A stretch of 64,000 nt of DNA from Octopus sinensis (Eukaryota): NCBI RefSeq assembly GCF_006345805.1, contig NC_043003.1, positions 105,896,001-105,960,000 on the forward strand. The letters run 5' to 3'. The translations under genes were made by a program, and so were the position numbers. The notes beneath the pieces were generated by a model that worked only from the letters and a program-made list of their open reading frames with translations, was not told where the DNA came from and ran no database searches. Positions 12,151 through 24,992 of this stretch are shown here, one piece after another. Every line of letters starts with the position of its first letter. Within the stretch, counting starts at the first letter, position 1.

Positions 12151-13755
12151 GTTTGATAAGCATTGTGAGAATTGTCATACAACAAACAAATGTATCAGAG
12201 AAGACGTTTGATACACGATAACTTTGAAAATGTCATTAACTTTTAAAGACATGTTGTTATGTCATGACATAAAACAAAATATTAATGAAACAATAGGAAT
12301 ATATTTTTAATAGCTTGACATTTTTTAATGTTACATTAATTATCCTTGCATCAATTGTCTCCAACTTCCAAAGTATTAATTAAAGTTATGCTGTTTCCAT
12401 ATTCTACCTCTCACTTTCTTCTTTGGCTTTAAATGTGGAAGAGTAACTGAGCTATTATTATGGTTGTTATTATTATTATTAGTGCCAATAATGTTGTCTT
12501 TGTTGGACGCACTTCCTATGAAATGAAGCAATCTTCAGTGAGAGATTCTGTCTCCTATGCATTCCTGTCTCCATCCATCTTTCTCTCGTTCATCCCATGA
12601 AAACTAAACCCTGCTCTCCTTGCAAGTGATTCTCAAGATATGGAGGGGAAAACATCCCGCACAATCTATTTATTTTAATTTTTAAATCTTTTTCTTTAAA
12701 CCAAATGAACAAATTTAATTACACTTACCCGCCCTTGCAAAAAAAAAAAAAAATAACAAAACAATAACAAAAAGACAAGTGAGGTTCGAAACATCACTTG
12801 GTTAACAATCTAATTTATTTTATTTTTCTAATTGTAGCTATGTTTATTATTTACTCCCCTACCACCTATTTCATAAGTATTGCTAATATTGTTTCAGTAA
12901 GTATTTAACCCAATTAATATTTGTTAATTATATTTTTCTCCATTTACTTTGATTTCTAATAAAATAATAATAATTATAATACAAAATTCCATATCTTGTA
13001 ATTACTAAATATTTTCTTGTATTTGCTGTTTTTTGTTTTGTATTTATAATTTTTTTTTTACATGAGGTGTGTGTGTGCGCACATGTGTATGTGTATGTAG
13101 GTGTTCACATGGACTTTACCTGAGAATTGGGCAAAGAATTGTTAGGTGATCCTAACAATGGAAGAGGATGACTAAAGGAAAAGTTAGGAAAAACCTGTTC
13201 TTAGGATCTTAAACCCCATAAAGGGGGTTGGAGTGGGAAAACGCTGAGGTGGAGCCGATTGGCCTAACCCATACCAGAATGGTAAAACACACAAGAACGA
13301 TTTCGGAATTCGATATTGCCATCTTTGTTGTTTTTACATCTACTTTTCCATGCTTTTGTGGGTCAAATGAGAATCTGTTGAGGTAGAGTTTCTATGGCTA
13401 GATTCTCTTGGCATCAACCCATTCTTATTTCCAATAATCTCCCAGTCTATGGAACAACAAACAGCCTGAATATGTTTCATGTGGAGAGCTGGAAACCTGA
13501 CAGTGTATGAGACCTTTGTTTACATGTGAAGAGGTCCCCCACATGTTTCTGTAATGAGTCGCAAACCATTGACCCCATCTGAAAGCCAATGTTTACAAAC
13601 CAGTGGAAATGAAGGAAATACAAAATCTCACAAACATTTACATACAGACACTTGAGAGATGTACAAGAGCTGGATGTACTATGGACATATTAGAACTAGA
13701 TTCTCTTGAATGCTTTGAAAGGTCACTAGTAGTACTTGGTAGCTTTTAGTATATA

Positions 13756-13918
13756 GGCGCAGGAGTGGCTGTGTGGTAAGTAGCTTGCTAACCAACCACA
13801 TGGTTCCGGGTTCAGTCCCACTGCGTGGCACCTTGGGCAAGTGTCCTCCGCTATAGCCCCGGGCCGACCAATGCCTTGTGAGTGGATTTGGTAGACGGAA
13901 ACTGAAAGAAGCCTGTCG

Positions 13919-13953
<35 letters not shown>

Positions 13954-14163
13954 TTGTGTGTTTGTGTTTGTCCCCCTAGCATTGCTTGACAACCTATGCT
14001 GGTGTGTTCACGTCCCCATCACTTAGCGGTTCGGCAAAAGAGACCGATAGAATAAGTAATGGGCTTACAAAGAATAAGTCCCGGGGTTGATTTGCTCGAC
14101 TAAAGGCGGTGCTCCAGCATGGCCGCAGTCAAAATGACTGAAACAAGTAAAAGAGTAAAAGAG
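13756..14163 (+). mobile_element. SINE family A, full length
   Basis: GGCGCAGGAGTGGCTGTGTGG head, GGTTCAGTCCC B-box-like, internal (TA)n, tail AAACAAGTAAAAGAGTAAAAGAG. Confidence 0.92.
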
Positions 14164-14169
14164 ATGTAA

Positions 14170-14665
14170 TTAGCAAAGAAAGTGGTTTCTCTGAAAGCAT
14201 AGTAGCCAGAGTAAGAACAGGTTGGAAAAAGCTCAGGGAGCTACTACTACTACTACTGGTAACAAGTGTTTCCCCTAAGAGCAAAGGGCAAATTGTTTGA
14301 GAACTGTTATGCTGGATGGGAGTTAGTCACAGGCCTTTTAATGCTGAGGACTTGGGAAAACTGGAAAGAAATGCAGTATGTATACTCTGTTAGATGTGAA
14401 ATATATGTGTACAAAAATGACAAAGAATAAATGCATTGAGAGAAAATAGGCAAGGAAGGAGACTGCACTGGTTTGGGGGTGAGGTGCATCTGGTCTAGGA
14501 CAGCTGGATGAAGAGGTGCCATTTAATGGAGATGGAGCTTGTGCAAAAAGGAGACCCAGGACGATATGGGATGAAGTAGTGAAGGCTGATCTCGGGATCT
14601 TGAACCTCTCAGAAATGACAAAAGACTGCAGCGACTAATGATATGCAGTCCTTGAGAAGATTCCC
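14170..14665 (+). mobile_element. RTE-clade LINE 3' fragment, frameshifted
   Basis: Degenerate translation ...SESIVARVRTGWKKLREL...KGKLF...AEDL.+LERN...RRLHWFG..., matching the RTE RT C-terminus. Confidence 0.7.
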
Positions 14666-15352
14666 TCATCTCAGTGGATTCTGGAAGCACAATGTGTGTG
14701 TGTGTGTGTGTGTGTGTGCACTAATTTCCTTCTCAAGACATTCTCACCACCCATCATTTTTTTAATTGCAGTATTTTACTGCTGCAATTAAATGTGAGCA
14801 GATCTGCAGATTTCATTAACTTTTCATTGATATTATTATTCTTGAAACCCTGAAACCATTTCACTTGATAGCCATCATACTCTCCTCTCTCTTCTTACAT
14901 TCTCGTCCTTCCTCCATCTTTTGTATCATTATTACTGTTCTGCTGCCCTTCAACTCCTACCCCCTGTACTGCCAGTCATTTCCTGTTCTCCCCTCTCATG
15001 TGTACCATTAAATCACCCCCATCATTTATTCGCTCCTCAACCCTGTCCAATCTTTGTTGTCCCCATCTCTTCTTTACCATCCCTCAACACTTTCTCTTCT
15101 TTCTATTCATCCTTCCCCTCCCTTCCCCATCTCCCACTCTCCCATACATTCAACCTTGACCTCCCCGTTCCCCTATTCCCAATCACCACTGGTCACTTTG
15201 TTTCTTGGTGTAATCTGATATTTCATCATCGTTATTTTCATCCCCTTCTTTCCAGCTTCACCCTACTTTCATCCCCTCATCTATAATGTGAGTAGCAACA
15301 TAGTTGCTCTACAGCAAAAAACCTTGTGTTCTGGCCCCTTCTCTCTCTCTCT

Positions 15353-15978
15353 TTAACCCTTTCTTTACCAACCTGGATGAAACTCGCTCTGAGTACAAAT
15401 GCCTTACACTTTACTCTTTTACTTGTTTCAGTCATTTGACTGCGGCCATGCTGGAGCACCACCTTTAATCGAGCAACTCGACCCCGGGACTTATTCTTTT
15501 GTAAGCCCAGTACTTATTCTATCGGTCTCTTTTGCCGAACCGCTAAGTAACGGGGACATAAACACACCAGCATCGGTTGTCAAGCAATGCTAGGGGAACA
15601 AACACAGACACACAAACACACACACATATATATATACATATATACAACGGGCTTCTTTCAGTTTCCATCTACCAAATCCACTCACAAGGCATTGGTCGGC
15701 CCGGGGCTATAGCAGAAGACACTTGCCCAAGGTGCCATGCAGTGGGACTGAACCCGGAACCATGTGGTTGGTTAGCAAGCTACTTACCACACAGCCACTC
15801 TTGCGCCTTGTTTTCATAAGTTTTGAATTAAAATCTTCCACCAAACCTTAGTCACAATTTATGTTCCTAACACCAGCTGAATGATAACTAAGTTATTTTA
15901 CTAAATTCTTTGTTATATTTAAAGTAATTGAAAGAAACGCAGAACATCTCAAAATAAATACAGTAACGAAAGGGTTAA
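15353..15978. mobile_element. piggyBac-like MITE interrupted by a SINE A (15407-15807, minus)
   Basis: TTAA-CCCTTTCTTTAC at 15353 and GTAACGAAAGGG-TTAA at 15978 are inverted termini with a TTAA TSD. Confidence 0.75.
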
Positions 15979-16384
15979 TTCCTCATCTCCTAGTACAAAG
16001 CCTTCTCCCTCTCCATTGTAGTTCCACTCAATCAAAGATAATCTTAGTCTTGCAAGCTGCATGGCCACCTCACTAGTGCTGGTGCCACATAAAAATCACC
16101 CAGTACACTCTGTAAAGTGGTTGGTATCAGGAAGGACACCAAGTTGTGAGAATCATGATAGGGCAGATATTGGAGCTTGATGCAGGAACTGGACCCATCA
16201 GATACCTGTCAAACTGTCTACCCAGAGCCAGCATGGAACATGGCTGTTAAATGATCATCATTGTGTTGTGTGTGCATAAAATATGAGAAGAGCTGCCATC
16301 AATAGTTTATGCTTTTGACCAGATTGTTCTCTTGACCAAAGCTGACCTGGGGCTGAACTACATTGCTATTCTCTATTGTATGAT

Positions 16385-16710
16385 ACATCATCATCATCAT
16401 CATTGTTTAACGTTCGTTTTCCATGCTAGCATGGGTTGGATGGTTCGACCAGGGTCTGGGATGCCAGGAGGCTGTACCAGGCTCCAATCTGATCTGGCAG
16501 TGTTTCTACAGCTGGATGCCCTTCCTAATGCCAACCACTCCATGAGTGTAGTGGGTGCTTTTTATGTGTCACTGGCACAGGGGCCAGAGGAGGCTGGCAA
16601 CGACCATGATCGGCTGGTGCTTTTTATGTGCCACCGGCACAGAAGCCAGTCAAAGCAGTGCTGGCATCGGCCACATTCGGGTGGTGCTTTTTACATGCCA
16701 CCGGCACGGT
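16385..16710 (-). mobile_element. SINE family C
   Basis: (CAT)n plus the reverse family C body; explains the 165-aa ORF at 16332-16829. Confidence 0.85.
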
Positions 16711-17225
16711 TAAAATATTTTGTTTCAGTAATTTCTGTTAAAAGACTCAAATTTAAGATGTTACTAATCCCTATGGGTGCAGTGAGATGGAAGCCAGGAA
16801 GGTCGACAGGATTGTGTTTATTTGTGTGACTTTATGATTCTGAAGTTCTGGTTTCAATCTCAATGTGTGGCATCATAAGCAAGGGTCCCACAGTTAAAAT
16901 TGGGGAGATGAAGACTGTTTAAGCTCAATAGATGAAGCCAACTTGTAAGACTTAGGGACAAGATTGTCGCATTGAATCTGCCTGGGATTATATTAAGGCA
17001 CACAAGGACATGGCTGTGTGCTTCCAAACCATGTGGATTTGGGTTCAGTCACATCATGTGGCACCTTGGGCTAGTGTTTTCTTCTATAATCTGTTGCTGA
17101 CGAAAACCTTGTGAATGAATTTGGCAGATGAAAATTGAAAGAAGCTTTTATATATGCATGCATGTGTTTATGTTTGTGTGTATCCTTGTCTTGACATCAC
17201 GTGATGGTTGTAAATGAGGAAGGGA

Positions 17226-17592
17226 GGAAGCACTCCGTCGGTTACGACGATGAGGGTTCCGGTTGATCCGATCAACGGAACAGCCTGCTCGTGAAATTAA
17301 CGTGTAAGTGGCTGAGCACTCCACAGACACGTGCACCCTTAACGTAGTTCTCGGGGATATTCAGCGTGACACAGAGAGTGACAAGGCCGGCCCTTTGAAA
17401 TACAGGAACAACAGAAACAGGAAGTAAGAGTGAGAGAAAGTTGTGGTGAAAGAGTACAGAAGGGATCACCACTATCCCCTGCTGGAGCCTCGTGGAGCTT
17501 TTAGGTGTTTTCGCTCAATAAACACTCACAACGCCCGGTCTGGGAATCGAAACCGCGAGTCCGCTGCCCTAACCACTGGGCCATTGCGCCTC
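17226..17592 (-). mobile_element. SINE family E
   Basis: Reverse near-copy of 32160-32541. Confidence 0.9.
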
Positions 17593-18652
17593 TGGTTGTA
17601 AATGAACATCCCTGTCAAACAAGTGAGGTTGTTTGTTTCCAGTCTTCCATGAATGACATGTCTGGACACGGGGAAATATTATCTTGCAAGGAAATGGGGG
17701 TTGGTGACAGGAAGGGCATCCAGGCTGTAGAAAATCTGTCTCTATGAATCCTGTTTGACTCATGCCAACATGGGTCTTAAATGGTGGTGGTGGGAGTGGT
17801 GATAAGTGTTTGCCACATTAGAATACAATGAACGAGTGGGTATTGATTAGATAACCGCTTTGGCTTGTAGTTACAATGGTCAAATGCTGAGAACACTCCT
17901 TTACTGAAACCAACATAAGATTGAATACTGGGACAAAATGAGTTGAGGGGTTGATTTGTCACTTCATTGATTTAGGAAATCCTGTTTCGTGCAACATTTG
18001 ATTCTGTCCCTGGGTATCAATGCATGGCTGTGGGGTTCAGAAGCCCATTTTGTAATCATGCGGTTTTCAATTCAATCCCACTGTGCGGCACCTTGGGCTG
18101 GTGTCTTCTACGATAGCCTCATGTTGAACAGTGCCTTTTGAACATATTGGCAGATAGAAACTGTGTGGAAGCCTGGTGTGTGTGTGTGTGTGTGGATACC
18201 TGTGCAGGTAGCACATAAAAAGTACCATTTGAGCATGGTCAATGCCAATGCCACTTGACTGGCCCCTGTGCTGGTGGCACGTAAAAAGCACCAACTGCAC
18301 TCTTGGAGTGGTTGGTTTTAGGAAGGGCATGTAGCTGTAGAAATCTTGCCAGATCAGACTGGAGCCTGGTGCAGCCCCCAGTCGAACCACCCAACCCATG
18401 CCAGCATAGAAAGTGGATGTGAAACGATGATGATGATGATATACATACGTGTGTGCTGGTCCCCCCCCAACCACTGTTTGATTTGTCTTTGTCCCTGTAA
18501 CTTAGCAGTTCAACAAAGAAACAAACAGAAAAGTATCAAACTTAAAAATAAGTGCCGTTCTTCAAGGTGGTGCCCCAGCATGGCCGCAGCCCAATGATTG
18601 AAACAAGTAATAGATATATACATGTATGTGTGGGTGTGTGAACATATATAAC

Positions 18653-19452
18653 GGATCTTTTTGGTTTGAACGGCAGTTTTTTCTAGCGGTGTCATATGAA
18701 ATTGTCACCCATAATTATGACCCTAGTATCGATCTATTGCATTTCAATCTGTTTTAGGGTTAGGGGTGGGGGGAAGGGTGTCTTTTTTTTTTTCAGAAAT
18801 GTAAATAAACCCAATCTGTTTCTTAAACGAGGGACATATTCATACGGCACAGAATGTTTTCACTTCAATAGACGCCATTGATTGGTTGAAATTGCTGAAA
18901 TGCAAGAAATTAAAGACCAAATATCTTACAAACTATAGAATTTTCTCAATAAAGCCAAGAGAAAATGATGTTTTATAAACACATTCTATCAGTATACGAA
19001 GTTTAAAAGTGTTTAGTTATACTCTTTTACTTGTTTCAGTCATTTGACTGCGGCCATGCTGGAGCACCGCCTTTAGTCGAGCAAATCGACCCTGGGACTT
19101 ATTCTTTGTAAGCCCAGTACTTATTCTATTGGTCATCTTTTGCCGAACCGCTAAGTGACGGGGACGTAAACACCAGCATCGGTTCTCAAGCAATGCTAGA
19201 GGGACAAACATATACATACACATACATATATATACATATATACGACAGGCTTCTTTCAGTTTCCGTCTACCAAATCCACTCACAAGGCATTGGTCGGCCC
19301 GAGGCTATAGCAGAAGACACTTGCCCAAGATACCACGCAGTGGGACTGAACCCAGAACCATGTGGTTGGTAGGCAAGCTACTTACCACACAGCCACTCCT
19401 GCGCCTATGTGGAAATTATTTTAAAAAACTGCCGTTCAAACCGAAAAGATCC
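18653..19452. mobile_element. Merlin-like non-autonomous DNA transposon with a nested SINE A (19019-19405, minus)
   Basis: About 30-bp TIRs GGATCTTTTTGGTTTGAACGGCAGTTTTTT / AAAAAACTGCCGTTCAAACCGAAAAGATCC; 8-bp TSD TATATAAC at 18645-18652 and 19453-19460. Confidence 0.8.
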
Positions 19453-20560
19453 TATATAACTCCTGTCAAACAAGTAGGAAATTTGCCAGTATTGACTCTG
19501 TTTTGGGGGACTCAATCTGGGAATGTTACCTACGGCCTTGGTGGTGATTCCATTTCCTGTTCAGAAGGAGAAATACCTACATCCTGTTTACGCACAACTC
19601 TGTAATATTCTGCAGCTTATTTTATAAGCTGCCTCGGCAACATTTAATAAATCATCGTACAGGATGTGATTCTGGTGACCAAAACTCATGTTGCTCAATG
19701 GCCATGCTCCAATGAACAGCACAGATGCTTATAGAGAAGTGATTATCAATTCAATAGCTTTCAAGTGCAAAAAAAGAAGGCCCTAAAAATAGCTTTTATC
19801 TGTTTAATAATATATATTTTTCATTTGTTGTTTTGTGTTTGTCTCACGCGCTCAAGGTCATTGACTGCTGCCGTTGCTGGTGGTGGTCTAGGAAGGAAGT
19901 GTTGTTGGCTTGGTTTCAATATGTTTCATGTATTTTTACTTTTGTATATTTAGTTTTTTTTTTGTTTCTTAATGTTAATTGTTATTTTGCGTGGTTGAGT
20001 CATCACGTTACTCCATTTAATATCATTTACTGTCCCTTTGTAGAGTTCCCTCTATTATAAACGTTTGGATCCAGCTCCCAGTAGGAATTACGCTTATCAT
20101 CACCTCATAACACATTGGCATATTCTACACATTCCTAGATGTCAAAATTTACCACCAAAGCAACAGGAGATTTCTCCCCACCCCTAATATCTGTGGAATC
20201 CAATCCAATTTGGGACAGGTACATTACCACTTATATCACGCAATCCTCCTGCCTTATTCTCCTCCCTCAAACGTCTCACCTTTTATCGTCCATCTCTGCT
20301 GTCCAGCTTACACCTCTATATTCAAACTCCGCTTTAAAAGGGTAGTATCTGTGCACATGTGTAGACACCACTCTTTCTGTTGCTCACCTGTAAGAGAGTA
20401 ACCTCAAAGTCACCTGAATTCCCTCACCTGCAAATGAGAAACCCTGTGATGGCCTAGCATTCCATTCAGGGGGAATGTTGGGATTTTGGCCATTTAATAT
20501 GCCATGGAAACTGGGTGACTGGCCCTATGATTCTAAAGGCTTGAGACAGTAATGTCCTGG

Positions 20561-20722
20561 GGCTTGAGGCTGATGATGTCACTCACCTCACACCTGGATA
20601 ATGAGGCTGATGATGTCACTGGCTTGAGGCTGATGATGTCACTCACCTCACACCTGGATAATGAGGCTGATGATGTCACTGGCTTGAGGCTGATGATGTC
20701 ACTCACCTCACACCTGGATAAT
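20561..20722. repeat. Perfect 60-bp minisatellite, 2.7 copies
   Basis: Two consecutive 60-nt lines are identical; GAGGCTGATGATGTCACT occurs twice per unit. Confidence 0.95.
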
Positions 20723-20819
20723 CAGTAACAAAGACTTCAACTGAATTTCTTCCTCCCATTTTTTCTAAATATATCAAAGTCACCACATCTATTTGGTTAC
20801 CAATCTACATGCAGGTGAA

Positions 20820-21200
20820 CACAGCTTCGGTCATCCAGTTGCTGGTACCGACAGCATCGGTCATCCAGTTGCTGGTAGCGACAGCCTCTGTCATCCAGTT
20901 GCTGGTACCGACAGCTTCGGTCATCCAGTTGCTGGTAGCGACAGCCTCTGTCATCCAGTTGCTGGTAGCGACAGCCTCTGTCATCCAGTTGCTGGTACCG
21001 ACAGCTTCGGTCATCCAGTTGCTGGTAGCGACAGCCTCTGTCATCTAGGAGCTAGTGGCAATATTCTTGCCCATCTAGGAGCTAGTGGCAAGAGTCTTCG
21101 CTGTCTATTTGCTTATGATATAAATCTTGGGCATGTACTTGCTAGCGCCAGGAATCTTGTCCCTCTATTTGCTAGTGGCCTCAGCCACCTGGTAGCTAGC
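20820..21200 (+). repeat. 30-bp minisatellite inside a 170-codon ORF (10-aa repeat)
   Basis: Unit ACAGC(TTCG/CTCT)GTCATCCAGTTGCTGGTA(C/G)CG, about 7.5 near-perfect copies and then diverged copies; ORF 20793-21305. Confidence 0.9.
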
Positions 21201-21539
21201 GGCAGTGACTTGACAGTGGCAGTCATCCCAGTTGAGAATGAAAGTGAGACTATATTTTTTAGAGATGAAAATCTGCACAGAGGGAACTTATTAGGGAAGG
21301 TATAAATCCCGAAGCCCCTTCTGACTTGAATGACTTGTCAAGTGGTATTTTTTCGTTTATGGCAGAAAGCCAAGATCTCACGAGTGGGGCACTGCAAACA
21401 GCTTAAGGGCCTTCTGTCCCCAGACAAAAGAGAGACAATGTAACTGCCTCTGTTGTCAGGATATAAACACAACAGAACACTAACCACAGCAGAATGTTGT
21501 CACAGTGTTAGCAGCAGCAATAACAGCAAAACTATTCTT

Positions 21540-21741
21540 TTATTCTTTTATTTGTTTCAGTCATTTGACTGCGGCCATGCTGGAGCACCGCCTTTAGTCG
21601 AGCAAATCGACCCCAGGACTTATTTTTTGTAAACCCAGTACTTATTCTATCGGTCTCTCTTGCCGAACTGCTAAATTACGGGGATGTAAACACACCAGCA
21701 TCGGTTGTCAAGCGATGCTGAGGGGACAAACGCGCGCACGC

Positions 21742-21777
<36 letters not shown>

Positions 21778-21937
21778 GACGGGCTTCTTTCAGTTTCTGT
21801 CTACCAAATCCACTCACAAGGCTTTGGTCAGCTCAAGGCTATAGTAGAAGATCCCACTTGCCCAAGGTGCCACACAGTGGGACTGAACCCGGAACCATAT
21901 GGTTGGTAAGCAAGCTACTTACCACACAGCCACTCCT
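21540..21937 (-). mobile_element. SINE family A
   Basis: Reverse consensus with an internal (CA)n. Confidence 0.9.
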
Positions 21938-22942
21938 GAGAAAAATCTAGAGAAATAATTTTTTGTGAATTTAAATTTAGCAAAACGCGAAATGAAACAA
22001 AACGAAACAAAAAATATGCCGATAAGAAGTTTTATTTCTGGCGCAAAATAATTGTAAAATATAAAAATAATAATTTGAGAATTTCTTGTAACATTTATAT
22101 GAAGGAAAACGAAGCTATATTTTACCCAAGTAATAAATGCGGTTCGTAGCGTCGGGAATGACGACCAAAGGGCTATGATTTCAGGATGTCTAAATCACGG
22201 ATCACCTGGACAAATATTTCTGGCGTTTCGTTGTATTGCAAGGGGTTGTGTACGTTATTTTATATTACTTATAGTTCACCGACTTCGTAGTGGGAAATAG
22301 GCGGTCGATCGTTTGGGAATGTTATCTGAAAGAGACTGGTAGCCTGTCCACAGAAGGAAAGACAGAGAGAGAGGTAGTTGTGCTTTCTCAGCAGCTTCCT
22401 GTCATGAAATCGAAGCTTAAGCTCTGATTTTCTAGAAGCCATTTCAAAGTCACTTCGTTTACAAAGATAAATAAAAACACAATTTTTGCAAATTGTAAAT
22501 TCTTCAGTTATTCATCCTTTAATGCCTGTCAAATGTAAAACTCTTGTCAAAAGATTGCCATTTCATTTCCAGAGCATTAAGCAAACCTTCGTAACTGAAA
22601 TCCCGACGGTGGTGTCGCAGCGTCTGAAGATATCATTTACTCTTCTGCATGAACAGAGATTTCCATATCCTTTGGATGACATAGTGCATCTTTTGAGATA
22701 AAATTACAGCAAACCATTGTAGAACAATCTTGGTTGTCGCAGACCTTGTTCAAAAGACATTCTCGAACGTTTTCATCATATTCACCCACCTGTTAGAATG
22801 AAATACGGATGTCAGACGTTAGTTTTGTACACACATACACACACACACATTTAGTGTTACTTTGCCGTGTTATCGACAATTTAAAGGGATATTACTTTAT
22901 GCTATTTTTTAGTTTACCTTTTAATTTTTAAAAACTCTTACG

Positions 22943-23140
22943 ATGTTGGCTAAAGATTTTTACAATACGATCAGCGATGAGACGAAGGCAGTTGCATTTT
23001 TACAAAGAAATGGCCTTTTAGATGATGAAGGAAATGTTACACAATGTCATCGTTCTGGTGGAGAAATAACGGAAAGTCGAAGAGAAGGGAAACTCAGTGA
23101 AATTTTGCCAACTCTACGTTGTAAAACTTGTGTAATCTAG
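22943..23140 (+). pseudogene. Possible Merlin/IS1595-like transposase N-terminal fragment
   Basis: MLAKDFY...AVAFLQRNGLLDD...QCHRSGGEI...LPTLRCKTC resembles the 'FL...GLL...C..C...RC..C' Zn-ribbon start of Merlin transposases; truncated. Confidence 0.35.
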
Positions 23141-23398
23141 GCGCTTATTTTAATTAATATACTCTCTATTCTTGGTTTCTGACGATTATTTACTAAGACA
23201 TAAACGAAACATGGTTTTATTATTATTAAAATAGTAAGAATTTTGAAAAAAAAATGCATTTACAATGCTAAGTATGTACAAAAGAATTTATTTAAAAAGT
23301 TTAGAAATTGGAAAGCAAACTAAAAAGTAATCTAAAGTAATCTTCCCTTAAATTGTTGATCACACGCCAAAGTAGCACCCGTGCATTGCCCCCCCCCC

Positions 23399-23435
<37 letters not shown>

Positions 23436-23540
23436 AAGCAAATAAAAGGGCTAGCAGCAGGCTGCATCGCCTCATGTGGTTTGACATCGGCGTGAAAAGC
23501 ATATTGCATTATATATATTATATATATTATATATTGCATT

Positions 23541-23571
<31 letters not shown>

Positions 23572-23599
23572 TGCATTATATAATATATATATATATATA

Positions 23600-23810
23600 T
23601 ATCATCATCATCGCTTAACGTCCGTTTTTCATACTGGCATGGGTTTGACGGTTTGACTGGGGACTGGCAAGCCAGGAGGCCGCACCAGGCTCCAATCTGA
23701 TTTGGCAATGCTTCTACAGCTGGATGCCATTCTTAACGCCAACCACTCCGAGAGTGAAGTGGGTGCTTTTTACGTGTTACAGGCACGGGAGCCAATCAGG
23801 CAGCACTGGC
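23600..23810 (-). mobile_element. SINE family C
   Basis: (CAT)n plus the reverse family C body. Confidence 0.8.
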
Positions 23811-24269
23811 ATATATATATATATATATGTATATAATCGTATTTACTTGTGCAAAAGCTACATTATTGTACACTTGATTTCAACAGAAAAATAAACTGGT
23901 GTGCAACTGATACACGGGACAAGGCTAAGAATACGAAGGGAAAATATTTGTAACGAGATTTTAGGGATGCAGTCTTTGCACAAGTGCGGTTTATACACGA
24001 GTAAATACGGTTTCTTAAGATGAAGAAACTATAACAGATTTATTTCAACAGGCATTAAAGAACCAAAATAAAGTAAAAAGAAAAAAGGAAATGTTAGAAT
24101 GCCAGATTAGACGCTTACAGTATTTGGTTTTATCCCTTCAAGTTCTGAGTTTGAAACTAACTGAAGTTGATAAAATACCAGTAAAATACTGGGGCAGGTA
24201 AACACTAAAATTCTCCTCGCAAAATTTCTGGCTCTGTGTTAACATGAGAGTTTTGCTCTCCTTCCAGTT

Positions 24270-24494
24270 ATCTTTTACTCTTTTACTTGTTTCAATCATT
24301 TGACTGCGGCCATGCTGGAGCACCGCCTTTTAGTCGAGCAAATCGACCCCAGGACTTATTCTTTGTAAGCCTAGTACTTATTCTATCGGTCTCTTTTGCC
24401 GAACCGCTAAGTGACGGGGACGTAAACACACCAGCATCGGTTGTCAAGCGATGTTGGGGGGACAAACACAGACACACAAACACACACATATATA

Positions 24495-24534
<40 letters not shown>

Positions 24535-24696
24535 GACGGGCTTCTTTCAGTTTCCGTCTACCAAATCCACTCACAAGGCTTTGGTCGGCCCGAGGCTATA
24601 GTAGAAGACACTTGGCCAAGGTGCCACCCAGTGGGATTGAACCCGGAACCGTGTGGCTGGTAAGCAAGCTACTTACCACACAGCCACTCCTGCGCC
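24270..24696 (-). mobile_element. SINE family A
   Basis: Reverse full-length consensus with an internal (TA)n. Confidence 0.92.
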
Positions 24697-24701
24697 TATT
24701 A

Positions 24702-24992
24702 TCAATTATTAATATTGTTCATTGTAAATAGCCAACACCAAATATATTTATGTCTGGCAATAAATATTTCAGTTAAATTTCGTGGGTTTGCTTCAGCAAC
24801 CAACAATATTCCGCACGTACACGACAACAATGATAATAAAGCCATCCACTTCGACAATGGCGACTCAGACGTTTGACGTTTATCACCATTGACCGGCTCG
24901 ACTCTAGTAACTAGCACCCTGTGACTGTCCCTTTTTCCAAACTTCTTTGAGCCTAAGTTAAAATTTCTTGTCTTTAATCGACTGACTACATC
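24702..24992 (-). CDS. Candidate terminal exon of the ZnT-like gene (unresolved)
   Basis: ttctag|GAT opens a phase-0 frame of 96 codons to TAA. The acceptor is weak and there is no recognisable ZnT similarity. Confidence 0.2.
   Translation of the reverse strand, partial: DVVSRLKTRNFNLGSKKFGKRDSHRVLVTRVEPVNGDKRQTSESPLSKWMALLSLLSCTCGILLVAEANPRNLTEIFIARHKYIWCWLFTMNNINN

Noticed and set aside
19852-19860. TCAAGGTCA nuclear-receptor half-site near a steroid/retinoid-type SDR
   Set aside because: A single 9-mer is expected by chance in 64 kb, and it lies 8 kb downstream of the gene.
20805-21180. Periodic TAG/TGA codons on the minus strand of the 30-bp repeat (editing or selenocysteine idea)
   Set aside because: They are the complement of CTA/TCA in the repeat unit; there is no start, splice or SECIS support.
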